Source: Spirochaetia bacterium (GTDB lineage Bacteria; Spirochaetota; Spirochaetia; DSM-2461). Taken from it: 64,000 nucleotides of DNA. The notes under the pieces are model-generated. The model was not told where the DNA came from, searched no databases, and worked only from the letters and a program-made list of their open reading frames with translations. Shown here in pieces: positions 1 through 9,487 of this stretch (the first letter of the stretch is position 1; every line of letters starts with the position of its first letter). The stretch is taken from positions 3,456,001 through 3,520,000 of the forward strand of contig OY764216.1 of assembly GCA_963668315.1 (NCBI GenBank), read 5' to 3'. The position numbers and the translations under genes are program-made.

Positions 1-236
1 TGGACAAAGCCTTCAATGGTGGTTATTTGACGGCCCATAAGGGAAAAGGCGGGGATAAGGCAGGAGTAGACGGGGTTAATCCCGTCCAGAACAAGGCAGC
101 CCCCGCACTGTCCCTTGCCGCAGCCCGGGTGGACGCCTCTGAGCCCGCAGTCCTCCCGCAGAACGTAGGACAGTTTTTTTCCCGGGGGCACATTGATTTC
201 ACGGGGTTCTCCGTTCAGGGTAAAATTGATGGTCAA
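1..236 (-). CDS. 2Fe-2S subunit of xanthine/CO dehydrogenase family (CoxS-like), partial, runs off the window edge
   Basis: Manual translation from TTG at 236 (overlaps the stop of the upstream gene): MTINFTLNGEPREINVPPG...GCGKGQCGGCLVLDG...SCLIPA...ITTIEGF, which has the CX4CX2C...C ferredoxin motif. Confidence 0.85.
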   Translation of the reverse strand, partial: MTINFTLNGEPREINVPPGKKLSYVLREDCGLRGVHPGCGKGQCGGCLVLDGINPVYSCLIPAFSLMGRQITTIEGFV

Positions 237-2281
237 CTGATTTCATCCTCCGTCAGAAGTCCTTCCTCCAGGGGAAGGGTATAGCCTTTGCGTCCGGAAG
301 CCTGGTAGATGGCGCAGGCAAGGGCAGGGGGGAATAGGCACTGCACCAGACCGTCTATGCCGTGGGATTGACTGCCCGAAGAGATGAAATCCACTTCATA
401 GGAGGGGAAGGGATGCTTTCTCTGCCACTCCTTTCCCAGGGCGTTTTCCATTGCCTGGAAGAGGCCCCTCTCCACGGTGACCCGGGCGGTGGGCTCATCC
501 AGAATCAATCCGCCGTCGATGATGAACCAGACATGCTTGATCTTCAGTTCTTCCGTGGCCTGGTCCAGTTCCACTTCGGTCACGCAGCCTCCCCAGCTTA
601 GACTGTAGAAGGGCGTTCCGTCCATTTTGTTGTTATCCCAACGGGAGTCCTGACAGCTGTAGCGGCGGGTCACATCAAGGGGAAGGGGGTCGCGGAACCG
701 CCTCTTCTGGATCTGATCGCAGCACAGTTCGATAAGCCTGGTTATATGGGAAACACTTCTTCCCGCTGTGAGGGGGCCGCCGTTAAGACGTTCCTGGTCA
801 AATTGGAAAATGACTTTGCCCGGATCTTCCAGGCTCAGCAGGGAAGACGCCTTCTGGGCCCAGCGTTTTTTCATCCTGTCCATGGAGGGGTGGAGGGGGA
901 GGTAGAGGGTCAGCTCGCCTTCCTTGTTCAGGACGGCTCTGACGGTCATGGTGGTCAGATCGGTGTGGTTGTAGAGGAAATCGTTTCCCCCGTAGGCAAG
1001 GGTCAGGGATATCCCCCTCAGAAAGGACTCCCGGTTTTCCACCAGATTCTCCCTCTGGTCCTGTAGGAGCTGGTAGGACATATGCTTTCTGAAAAAATCG
1101 GAATTCCTTTTCAGGTTTTCCATAATCTTGACGAGGGGCGTCGGCTTCGCCAGAGTGCTGGCCCCCAGAAAAAGATTGCCCTTGCGGATTCTGTTATTCA
1201 TTTTCCAGTCATAGGCCGAGAACCCTCCCAGCCGGATGAGGTTGTCCATGAACGTTTCCAGGGCATAATACACGGGTGAGGCATTCATGTCGGCGAAGAA
1301 TCCCCGGGGAGGATTGTTCGTGCGGATGCCTTTGCCCGTAATTTCCAGATGGCGGCACTGGTATACCCCCGTGCAGGCCAGACTCATCCTGTCGATAATC
1401 TCCTGGGTCAGAATGCCGTAGGCCCCCACGTCAATGGCAAAGTCCACTTTCAGCGCCAGCAGATCCCCCTCTGTCGAAAGGGCCCCTTTGATGTAGATCT
1501 CCGATTTCCCCCTCATGGGAGTCAGAATCCCGCTCTCCTGATCGTCCAGGAAAAAGTTGACCGTCCTTTTGGACAGCTGACAGAGCAGAGCCGCATGACA
1601 GGCCGAAACGGAGGTGTACCACAAACGGCTCTCCTGGCTGTTTTCATAGGAGTAGTTCCGGAGGATTATCTGATCCCGGCGGATCTTCAACGCCGAAGCG
1701 GCGTTCCTCCTGAGCAGGGAGGGCCATTGATTCGCCGAGTGAATAACGAAGCGGGAGCCGTCTTTCTGGCAGCTGACCTGGCTGGACAACCGCGTCGTGG
1801 GGGACTGGGCTTCCACCGTGAAGAAATCCTCGTCCTTGATCAGATCGTTCCTGTCGAGGAGTTTTTCCGCCTCACCCCGGAGAAAGTGCCGTTCGTACTG
1901 GACGTTTTCTCCCAGTTCCAGGGAAAGGAGGGGCCTTTCCGGTTCGGGGGTAATGGTTACTTCTATCTGTTCCATCAGCTGGTCGAGAATCTTTTTCCGG
2001 GGAGCTCCCACGAGAAGAATCGGTTCCCCCCGGTAGGTTATCTGCTTGTTCGCCAGGATAGGGAATTCTCCCTGGGGGAACTGGAAGGTCTTATTGCCCG
2101 GTATTCCCGAATAGTCGATGACATAACAGTCTTCAGGGAGCGGGGGAAGGCTGATGCTTTCAATGATTCCCGAAGGGTAGGGAGAGCGGAAGGCCCGGGC
2201 GTAGAGCATGGTTTTGCTGCTTACGTCGTCGGGTTGGCGGATCCTCCCCGAAAGTTTCTCCCGGAAGCGTTTCTCGGCCAT
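233..2281 (-). CDS. Xanthine dehydrogenase family molybdopterin-binding subunit-like protein (divergent)
   Basis: N-terminal hammerhead-like segment (MLYARAFRSPYPSGII...GEPILLV), DVGAYG, TNNPP and EVELD...IDGGLILD segments; lies next to a 2Fe-2S subunit gene. Confidence 0.75.
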   Translation of the reverse strand: MAEKRFREKLSGRIRQPDDVSSKTMLYARAFRSPYPSGIIESISLPPLPEDCYVIDYSGIPGNKTFQFPQGEFPILANKQITYRGEPILLVGAPRKKILDQLMEQIEVTITPEPERPLLSLELGENVQYERHFLRGEAEKLLDRNDLIKDEDFFTVEAQSPTTRLSSQVSCQKDGSRFVIHSANQWPSLLRRNAASALKIRRDQIILRNYSYENSQESRLWYTSVSACHAALLCQLSKRTVNFFLDDQESGILTPMRGKSEIYIKGALSTEGDLLALKVDFAIDVGAYGILTQEIIDRMSLACTGVYQCRHLEITGKGIRTNNPPRGFFADMNASPVYYALETFMDNLIRLGGFSAYDWKMNNRIRKGNLFLGASTLAKPTPLVKIMENLKRNSDFFRKHMSYQLLQDQRENLVENRESFLRGISLTLAYGGNDFLYNHTDLTTMTVRAVLNKEGELTLYLPLHPSMDRMKKRWAQKASSLLSLEDPGKVIFQFDQERLNGGPLTAGRSVSHITRLIELCCDQIQKRRFRDPLPLDVTRRYSCQDSRWDNNKMDGTPFYSLSWGGCVTEVELDQATEELKIKHVWFIIDGGLILDEPTARVTVERGLFQAMENALGKEWQRKHPFPSYEVDFISSGSQSHGIDGLVQCLFPPALACAIYQASGRKGYTLPLEEGLLTEDEIS

Positions 2282-3489
2282 CAGTCGGCTCTCTTGAACT
2301 TTTCAGCCGTTTCCCTGACCGCGTTAATCACCCTCCGCTGCTGTGCCGGTTTTAATCCGGGAAAGAGGGGAAGGGAGAGGGTCCTTTCGTAGAGATCCCG
2401 GGATCGGGGAAAATCATCGTTCCGGAATCCGTAAGTATCCCTGTAATAGGACATCATGTGGAGAGGGCGGTAGTGGACGGAACAGTTGACGCCCCTGTCG
2501 AACAGCTCCTTCAGAAACTCGTCCCGTCCCAGGGTCAGTCTGTCCAGGTTGAGGCGCAGCATATACAAATGCCAGGAGTGGTCGTCCCCTTCGGGGGGAG
2601 TTTCCATGCTGTCCAGGGACGCAAAGGCTTTGCTGTAGGCCGATGCCTGTTCAGCCCGCTCTCGTTTCAGAGCTTCCGCCTTCTTGAGCTGCACCCTTCC
2701 GATGGCCGCCTGGAAATTCGTCAGATTGTATTTGAAACCGGGAGCCTTGATATCGTACTGCCAGGAGAGATGACCCGCCTGCGAGGAGTAGCGGTTCCAC
2801 ACATCCCGGTCTATGCCGTGGAGCCTCATCATGGAGATGCGCTTCTGCAGGTCCTCCCTGTTCACCGTCACCATCCCGCCTTCTCCGGTGGTGATGGTCT
2901 TGTTGGCGTAGAAGGAAAAAGCCCCCCCCGCGCCGATTGTTCCGAGGTATCGGGGAATCTCGTCGTTTTTGAGTTTGTATTTCACGGGAAAAGCGTGGGC
3001 GCAGTCCTCCACCACGGGGACGGAATACTCACGGGATAGCTCCATAATCCTGTTCATATCGCAGGCAAGGCCGGCGAGGTGAACGGGAAGTATCGCTTTG
3101 ATGTTCTTGGGGCTGGCCGATTTGAGGTTTTCTTTCAAAAGACGCTCTATCTCATCGGGATCGATATTCCCCGTCCTTTCGTCGATATCGGCGAAAAGGG
3201 GATGGGCCCCCAGGTAGCGGAGAATCTCCGAGGAGGAGGTAAAGGTGTAGGGCGTGGTGATGACCCAGTCGTTCAAGCCGACTCCGAGGGCTTCCAGTAT
3301 CAGATGGAGAGCCGATGTGGCCGAATTGACGGAAAGGGCGTATTCCGCGCCGGTTACGCGGGAGAACTCTTCCTCGAAGAGGCGGTTCTCACCGCCCGTG
3401 GTAAGCCAGCCGCTTTTCAGGACGCGGTCCACGGCTTTTCTTTCTTTTCTTCCCATGGCGGGTGCTGAAAAGGGTATGGTCTTTTTCAT
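2281..3489 (-). CDS. DegT/DnrJ/EryC1/StrS family PLP-dependent sugar aminotransferase
   Basis: SGWLTTG, NSATSALHL, VEDCAHA and SFYANKTITTGEGG (PLP lysine) motifs. Confidence 0.93.
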   Translation of the reverse strand: MKKTIPFSAPAMGRKERKAVDRVLKSGWLTTGGENRLFEEEFSRVTGAEYALSVNSATSALHLILEALGVGLNDWVITTPYTFTSSSEILRYLGAHPLFADIDERTGNIDPDEIERLLKENLKSASPKNIKAILPVHLAGLACDMNRIMELSREYSVPVVEDCAHAFPVKYKLKNDEIPRYLGTIGAGGAFSFYANKTITTGEGGMVTVNREDLQKRISMMRLHGIDRDVWNRYSSQAGHLSWQYDIKAPGFKYNLTNFQAAIGRVQLKKAEALKRERAEQASAYSKAFASLDSMETPPEGDDHSWHLYMLRLNLDRLTLGRDEFLKELFDRGVNCSVHYRPLHMMSYYRDTYGFRNDDFPRSRDLYERTLSLPLFPGLKPAQQRRVINAVRETAEKFKRAD

Positions 3490-3491
3490 GC

Positions 3492-4973
3492 CTAATACTC
3501 CGGCTCATCCAGGGGATTTCGAACGGAAGGAAAATAATCGCAGAGACAGGAACGGAGGATTTTCCGGTTACGGTAGGCCTCCCGGTCATCTTTCTCAAAA
3601 AAGCAGATGGGGCGCAGCCTGGAAAGGATCTCTTCGGAGGGGGGGTAATGGCCGGGTTTCTGATTGACCCGGAAGACACGCTCCTCTCCGCTGGGAGAAA
3701 GCTCTTCGGTCAGTCTGTCCCAGAGCTGTTCCTCCAGTTTTTCTCCCTCTCTCAAGCCGATATAGGATATCCCGATTTTATCCTCGGAGAATCCGTAGAA
3801 CCGAATCATCTGGCGGGCCATGTCCTCTATGCGCAGGGGAGAACCCATATCCAGCATGTAAAGTCCCCCTTTCAGGCCGTCCCCCGTCGTCTTCAGGATC
3901 AGGGACACCGCTTCCGGTATGGTCATATAAAAGCGGGTCATATCGGGATGGGTAATGGTCACGGGACCGCCCGACATTATCTGCTCCTTGAAGAGGGGGA
4001 CAATGGTTCCCCTCGCTCCCAGTACATTGCCGAAACGGACCACCATATAATCGCAGTCGCGGCTCTTTTTTTCCAGCACGAGCATCTCGGCCAGTTTCTT
4101 GCTGGCCCCGTAGACGCAGCTCGGTTCAACCGCTTTGTCCGTGGAGATGAGGACGAAACGCTTCGTCCCTGCCGCTTCGGCGGCATCGATGAGGTTTTTG
4201 GTCCCGAATACGTTGTTGGAAAGGGCGGCAACGGGATTCTTCTCCATCATGGGCACATGCTTGTGGGCCGCCGTATGGAAGATGAAATCGGCCTTGAGCC
4301 TTCCCAGAATGAAGAAGATGTAGTCCCTGTCCTGGAGCTCGCCGATGACGGGAACAATAATGGCATCCTTGCCGACCCCTCCCGCCTGAAGCCTCTTCAG
4401 TTCCTTTTCCAGTTTGTAGATGCTGTTTTCCCCGTGGCCGAGGAGGTAGATGCGCTCCGCTCCGGCATGGAGCAGCTGTCGGCAGAGTTCGCTGCCGATG
4501 CTGCCGCCCGCTCCCGTGATGAGAACGCGTTTTCCCTTCATATTGCGCAGGGTTTCGGAAAGGTTGATGGACACGGGCGTACGTCCCAGAAGGTCTTCCG
4601 GATCGATATCCCGAGCCTGGACAAGATGGACGTCTCCCGTCACGATGCTGCTTACCGTGGGAAGGATACGGATGCGCCCGATATCCGTTTTGCTCAGCAA
4701 GCTGTGGATGTTGGCAATCTGCTGACGTGTCGCCGAGGGGCAGGCTATGATCACTTCGTCATTGTAGCTGCCTTTCATGAGAGGGATGCATCCGGCAATA
4801 GGGCCCAGGATGGGAATCCCCTCCCACTGGGTGCCTATCTTCTCCTTATTGTCATCCAGGAAAGCGACAATCTCTCGTTCCGGTTCTTTTTCCGCCAGTT
4901 CTCTGGCTATGGCTCTTCCGGCGAATCCGGCGCCCACGATAAATATTCGGCTAGACACTTTCATGATATCCAA
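3492..4973 (-). CDS. Nucleoside-diphosphate sugar 4,6-dehydratase (CapD/PglF-like), lacking the N-terminal membrane domain
   Basis: ITGAGGSIGSEL, AAHKHVP, STDKAV, YGASK and VRFGNVLG motifs. Confidence 0.92.
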   Translation of the reverse strand: MDIMKVSSRIFIVGAGFAGRAIARELAEKEPEREIVAFLDDNKEKIGTQWEGIPILGPIAGCIPLMKGSYNDEVIIACPSATRQQIANIHSLLSKTDIGRIRILPTVSSIVTGDVHLVQARDIDPEDLLGRTPVSINLSETLRNMKGKRVLITGAGGSIGSELCRQLLHAGAERIYLLGHGENSIYKLEKELKRLQAGGVGKDAIIVPVIGELQDRDYIFFILGRLKADFIFHTAAHKHVPMMEKNPVAALSNNVFGTKNLIDAAEAAGTKRFVLISTDKAVEPSCVYGASKKLAEMLVLEKKSRDCDYMVVRFGNVLGARGTIVPLFKEQIMSGGPVTITHPDMTRFYMTIPEAVSLILKTTGDGLKGGLYMLDMGSPLRIEDMARQMIRFYGFSEDKIGISYIGLREGEKLEEQLWDRLTEELSPSGEERVFRVNQKPGHYPPSEEILSRLRPICFFEKDDREAYRNRKILRSCLCDYFPSVRNPLDEPEY

Positions 4974-5058
4974 TATAATATAGGACTATAAAAGAATATT
5001 CCAGAGTAAGGGGAAAATTCTATCCGATTCTTCCCTTTGCTGGTTTCGGGAGTAATAT

Positions 5059-6372
5059 TTGTTTAAAAAAGTTTTATTTACAGCGCTGTTCCTTTCTGTC
5101 TTTCTGGGACTTTACGGTGAGGAATACTTTATTGAGAAGATTGATATTTCCGTAACGGGAATAACAAACGAAAAATCCCTTCTCCGCGTTACGGAGCTTA
5201 AAGAGGGACAGGTCTTCTCATCCCTGAAAGCGATGGATAACGCCTTGACCATCGTCAAGAATGAACTGGATGATACGAGAATCTTTAAAACTGTCGCTAT
5301 TGAGCGGACTATTCTTTCCTCGGAAGGGGAGAGAATTCCGGTTCTCATTACGGTAACCGTAGAGGATTCCTGGAACCTCATCGCCTTGCCCTATCCCAAA
5401 TACGACTCCAACGACGGTTTCGAATTCAGTCTGCGCGCCCGGGATTATAATTTTCTCGGATTAATGGAACCGCTCCGTCTGAACCTGAATTATGCCTATG
5501 ATGAAAATCAGAAACACAATTTCGGAGCCGAATTGACCTATGCGCTGAATTTTCCCATCGGAAAGCATATTTTCAATCTGAGTTACTCCCAGAGTTTCAA
5601 CTACACTCCCGAAGAAAGCTACGGCGATGACTTCTATATGGGGTCGGGGCTCTCTTTCGGAACGTCCATGATTCTTCCCTGGGATATTTATGCCGGAAAT
5701 CATATCCGCTATTCCCTTTCCACATCGGTGAGCAAGGATTATATTCCCTTGAATCAAATCAGCGAATATCGGGATGATGTGGAGCTCGGTTTTTCCCAGG
5801 GCGTCAGTCTGGGCCAGGTAAGCTGGGGCAGTAATAACTACCGTGACGGTATCGCCATGAGCCTCGATAACAGCTGGTCCTATTATATCGATGATGACCG
5901 GGGACCGGAGCAGGCCTGGGACGGCTCTCTGTCGGGGGAGGTCCAATTTCACAGGGATATGTATCCCATGGGATATTCGGGACGGATCGGAGCAGTCCGG
6001 GACCTGAGAGACCGCAGCAATATAGAAGGACCCTTCAGGGGGATCCTGGAGCGGGATGATCTGGAAGCCCGCAGCTATGTCTACTTCAATAACGCCCTCT
6101 ATATTACCGTATGGAATAACAAGGATTTCTGGGAGATCATGGGCGGCCCCTGTCTTGATCTCGGTTATCTCTGGGATGTTCCGGAAGATCAGGATAGAGT
6201 CGTCTGGTCCCTGGCCGTTGACGGTTTGTGCTATCCGGCCTTTGCCAAGAGCTTTCAGGCAAGAATCACCATCGGCATGAGCGGCAACGGTTTTATGGAC
6301 AGCTCGGGCGAAGCCTTTTCCAGGGTGAGAAAGAATCTGGAAATGACCTTCGGACTGGGCAAATTCTACTGA
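5059..6372 (+). CDS. Putative outer-membrane beta-barrel protein with a POTRA-like N-terminus
   Basis: Signal peptide, POTRA-like first ~100 aa, aromatic/Gly-rich alternating strands, and a C-terminal FGLGKFY beta-signal. TTG start. Confidence 0.55.
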   Translation: MFKKVLFTALFLSVFLGLYGEEYFIEKIDISVTGITNEKSLLRVTELKEGQVFSSLKAMDNALTIVKNELDDTRIFKTVAIERTILSSEGERIPVLITVTVEDSWNLIALPYPKYDSNDGFEFSLRARDYNFLGLMEPLRLNLNYAYDENQKHNFGAELTYALNFPIGKHIFNLSYSQSFNYTPEESYGDDFYMGSGLSFGTSMILPWDIYAGNHIRYSLSTSVSKDYIPLNQISEYRDDVELGFSQGVSLGQVSWGSNNYRDGIAMSLDNSWSYYIDDDRGPEQAWDGSLSGEVQFHRDMYPMGYSGRIGAVRDLRDRSNIEGPFRGILERDDLEARSYVYFNNALYITVWNNKDFWEIMGGPCLDLGYLWDVPEDQDRVVWSLAVDGLCYPAFAKSFQARITIGMSGNGFMDSSGEAFSRVRKNLEMTFGLGKFY

Positions 6373-6461
6373 TCTGCCATAGGAAGACTTCAGGGTAAAG
6401 GGACGGAGACCGGTTTATTGAACACAGGGCCGGGATTTTTCTTAAGGAGTAATGGCGCGTC

Positions 6462-7025
6462 ATGTGGGAAAAGATACTTTCATTCATAAAAATCTGGCTC
6501 TCCCGCAGCGGTGATGATACGTTCTGGTCCTGGGTGATCACCTTTACCTATGCCCTTTCCATTATCCTCTCCTTCTATTATACGGGGCGAATCAGGGAGA
6601 AGGGCCCCCTCCGGTTCTTCTGGGTTTTTGTCAGCTTCTTTCTGCTGCTGATGGGAATCAACAAACAGCTTGATGTGCAGATTCTGGTGGGAATGGTCGG
6701 CCGTTTCTGTACTTATCATCTGGGGTTGATGGAGTACAGGCATCTCATCTATTTCGTTTTTTTCCTTGCCATATTCCTGGCCATGCTTACCGGAGGCGTC
6801 ATCCTTTTCATAAAAACGAGATCTGTGATTTTCCGGTCAAAGCTGCCCCTTGCCGGTATTTTCGTGATCATGTTTTTTGTGCTTATCCGCGCCGGATATA
6901 TTCGTATACGCCATGTCCATGGTCTGGAGCTTTTGGGCCTGCTTCTCATCCTGTCCGGTATAATTCTCAATCTCCGGCGGGATTCCCTCGATTCCGGCTC
7001 TGAATGTACCGATTCTTCCTGCTGA
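6462..7025 (+). CDS. Hypothetical integral membrane protein
   Basis: 187 aa with about five hydrophobic helices; AAGGAG RBS upstream. Confidence 0.65.
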   Translation: MWEKILSFIKIWLSRSGDDTFWSWVITFTYALSIILSFYYTGRIREKGPLRFFWVFVSFFLLLMGINKQLDVQILVGMVGRFCTYHLGLMEYRHLIYFVFFLAIFLAMLTGGVILFIKTRSVIFRSKLPLAGIFVIMFFVLIRAGYIRIRHVHGLELLGLLLILSGIILNLRRDSLDSGSECTDSSC

Positions 7026-7041
7026 TTAAACTGACAACCGC

Positions 7042-7070
7042 TTGATCGACTCTGTGGAAAAAGCTATATT
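7042..7070 (+). promoter_or_regulatory. sigma70-like promoter of pgi
   Basis: TTGATC-N17-TATATT. Confidence 0.5.
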
Positions 7071-7113
7071 GTGAGAAACAATTTATTTATTCAGCATACC
7101 ATAGGAGAAAACA

Positions 7114-8685
7114 ATGGGTGTATCCTACAATAACCTGGATAGGGCCGCCGCTTTCGGTGAGCTTTCATCTGCTGCCAAAGTCAATCTTAAAGATAATTTA
7201 ACCGCTAAAAGAATCAAAGAAGCCAATATCGCTGTCGGCGGCGGTCTTACCTATAATTACGCCGCCAAAGCCGTTGATGAGAGTATCGTTGCCATTCTGC
7301 AGAAACTGGCCGATGAGCAGGAGCTGATCGGGAAATACGGGGAGCTCTTGAACGGAGACGTGATCAACGTGGGCGAGGGCCGCAAGGTCATGCATCAGCT
7401 TACCAGAGGCCAGCAGGGATCGGATGTTCTCTTCGATGGAAAAAACCTGAGGGATTTCTACAAGGGGGAGCAGAAGAAAATCTATGATTTTGCTGCCAAA
7501 GTACATGCGGGCGAAATAAAAGGATCCACCGGAAAACCCTTCGATACGGTCTGCCAGATCGGTATCGGAGGAAGCGACCTGGGACCCCGGGCCCTTTACC
7601 TGGCCCTCTCCCACTATGCCGAGCCTATCCTGGATGCCTCCTTTATCTCCAATGTCGATCCCGATGATGCCAACGCCGTTCTCGAGACGGTCGATCTGGA
7701 AACAACCCTCTTTATTCTCGTTTCCAAAAGCGGAACCACCCAGGAAACCCTGGCCAATAAGAATTTTGTCGTGGAAATGTCCAAAAAAGCCGGCATCGAA
7801 GGGTTTGATCCTGCGGGACACCTGATTGCCGTCACCAGCGAAACAAGTCCCCTGGCTTCTTCCGATGATGTTCTGGCCGCTTTCTTTATGGACGATTTCA
7901 TCGGCGGCCGCTACTCTTCCACCAGTGCCGTCGGCGGTGCTGTTCTGGCCCTGGCCTTCGGCAAAGAGGTCTTCGAAGAGTTCCTGTCCGGCGCTGCCGA
8001 AGCGGACAAAGCCGCCCTGGAAAAGGATATCACCAAAAACGCCGCCCTGATGGACGCCATGATCGGCGTTTACGAGCGGAATGTTCTGGGGTTTCCCTCC
8101 ACCGCCGTTCTGCCCTACAGCCAGGCTCTGAACCGTTTTCCCGCCCATCTTCAGCAGCTGGACATGGAAAGCAACGGGAAATGCGTGAACCGGGCAGGGG
8201 AGAGGCTCTCCTATTCGACCGGTCCCGTGATTTTCGGTGAGCCCGGCACAAACGGACAGCACAGCTTTTATCAGCTCCTTCACCAGGGAACGGATATCGT
8301 GCCCCTCCAGTTCATCGGCTTTAAAAACAGCCAGATCGATTTTGACCTGGATTACGAAGGCTCCACCAGCCAGTCCAAGCTCAAGGCTAACCTGATCGCC
8401 CAGATCGTCGCCTTCGCCAAGGGATCGGCCAGCGACAATCCCAACAAGAATTTCGAAGGGGACCGCCCCTCTTCTCTTATCTACGGCGACAAGCTGACTC
8501 CCCGAGCTCTCGGTGCTCTTCTGGCCCATTTTGAGAACAAGGTGATGTTTCAAGGATTCTGCTGGAACCTGAACTCCTTTGATCAGGAAGGCGTTCAGCT
8601 CGGAAAGATTCTGACCAAGCAGGTTCTGGGCGGCGGCGAGATGGATGAAGCCCTCGTCGCTTTGAAAGAGCTGATGGAGATCTGA
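7114..8685 (+). CDS. pgi: Glucose-6-phosphate isomerase
   Basis: GIGGSDLGP, SKSGTTQET, GGRYS, QQLDMESNGK, GTNGQHSFYQL and FDQEGVQLGK motifs. Confidence 0.97.
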   Translation: MGVSYNNLDRAAAFGELSSAAKVNLKDNLTAKRIKEANIAVGGGLTYNYAAKAVDESIVAILQKLADEQELIGKYGELLNGDVINVGEGRKVMHQLTRGQQGSDVLFDGKNLRDFYKGEQKKIYDFAAKVHAGEIKGSTGKPFDTVCQIGIGGSDLGPRALYLALSHYAEPILDASFISNVDPDDANAVLETVDLETTLFILVSKSGTTQETLANKNFVVEMSKKAGIEGFDPAGHLIAVTSETSPLASSDDVLAAFFMDDFIGGRYSSTSAVGGAVLALAFGKEVFEEFLSGAAEADKAALEKDITKNAALMDAMIGVYERNVLGFPSTAVLPYSQALNRFPAHLQQLDMESNGKCVNRAGERLSYSTGPVIFGEPGTNGQHSFYQLLHQGTDIVPLQFIGFKNSQIDFDLDYEGSTSQSKLKANLIAQIVAFAKGSASDNPNKNFEGDRPSSLIYGDKLTPRALGALLAHFENKVMFQGFCWNLNSFDQEGVQLGKILTKQVLGGGEMDEALVALKELMEI

Positions 8686-8689
8686 TCGT

Positions 8690-9487
8690 ACGGACGTTAG
8701 AATCTTCGACATCAAGCGTTACTCCCTTCATGACGGACCGGGTATAAGAACAACCGTTTTCTTCATGGGGTGTCCGCTGAGATGTGACTGGTGCCATAAT
8801 CCGGAAAGCCAGAATTTCGGCACCAGTTATCTGTTCGATCGGGAAAGGTGCGCGCAATGCGGCGCCTGCGGAGGCAGGAGGGACTACGACTGCCTCCGGG
8901 ATGCCCGCAGATCCGTCGGATATGACATGGATGTGGATGAGCTTCTCGATAAACTGGAGAAAGACCGCCTTTTCTATGAGGAAACCGGAGGGGGCGTCAC
9001 TTTCTCCGGGGGCGAACCCCTGGCCCAGCCGGAATCTCTCAAGACCCTGCTGGAAGGGTGCGCGTCCAGGGATATTCCCGCCTGTCTTGATACATCGGGC
9101 TTCTGGAAAAGCGACCGGCCCCTGGCAGAGAGGGAGATTTCCGATCTTGCCGCTCTCTGCGAAAGAATCCTTTTTGATATCAAATCACTCGACCCGGTCA
9201 TCCATAAGAGACATACCGGAGGCGATCTGGAGAGAGTACTGGATACCCTGGATCTCTTCCTTCGTTCCGAAACCCCCGTGGAACTCAGGGTTCCCCTGAT
9301 ACCCGGAGTGAACAGCGAGGAAGAGTGCCAGACCGAAAGGGAGCGTTTCTTTGCCTCCCTGTCGGAAAAATATCCGGGGAAGCCGGATAAAGTCACCTAT
9401 CTGGACTACCATGAAACGGGTCGTCACAAATACACCCAACTGGGGAAGCCTTACCCCATGGATCAGCTTGTTAAGGAGAAATCATGA
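8690..9487 (+). CDS. Glycyl-radical enzyme activating enzyme (radical SAM); start codon uncertain, probably ACG at 8690
   Basis: In-frame IFDIKRYSLHDGPGIRTTVFFMGCPLRCDWCHNPES (CX3CX2C), GGVTFSGGEP and LDTSG. It overlaps the GRE start codon. Confidence 0.9.
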   Translation, partial: TDVRIFDIKRYSLHDGPGIRTTVFFMGCPLRCDWCHNPESQNFGTSYLFDRERCAQCGACGGRRDYDCLRDARRSVGYDMDVDELLDKLEKDRLFYEETGGGVTFSGGEPLAQPESLKTLLEGCASRDIPACLDTSGFWKSDRPLAEREISDLAALCERILFDIKSLDPVIHKRHTGGDLERVLDTLDLFLRSETPVELRVPLIPGVNSEEECQTERERFFASLSEKYPGKPDKVTYLDYHETGRHKYTQLGKPYPMDQLVKEKS

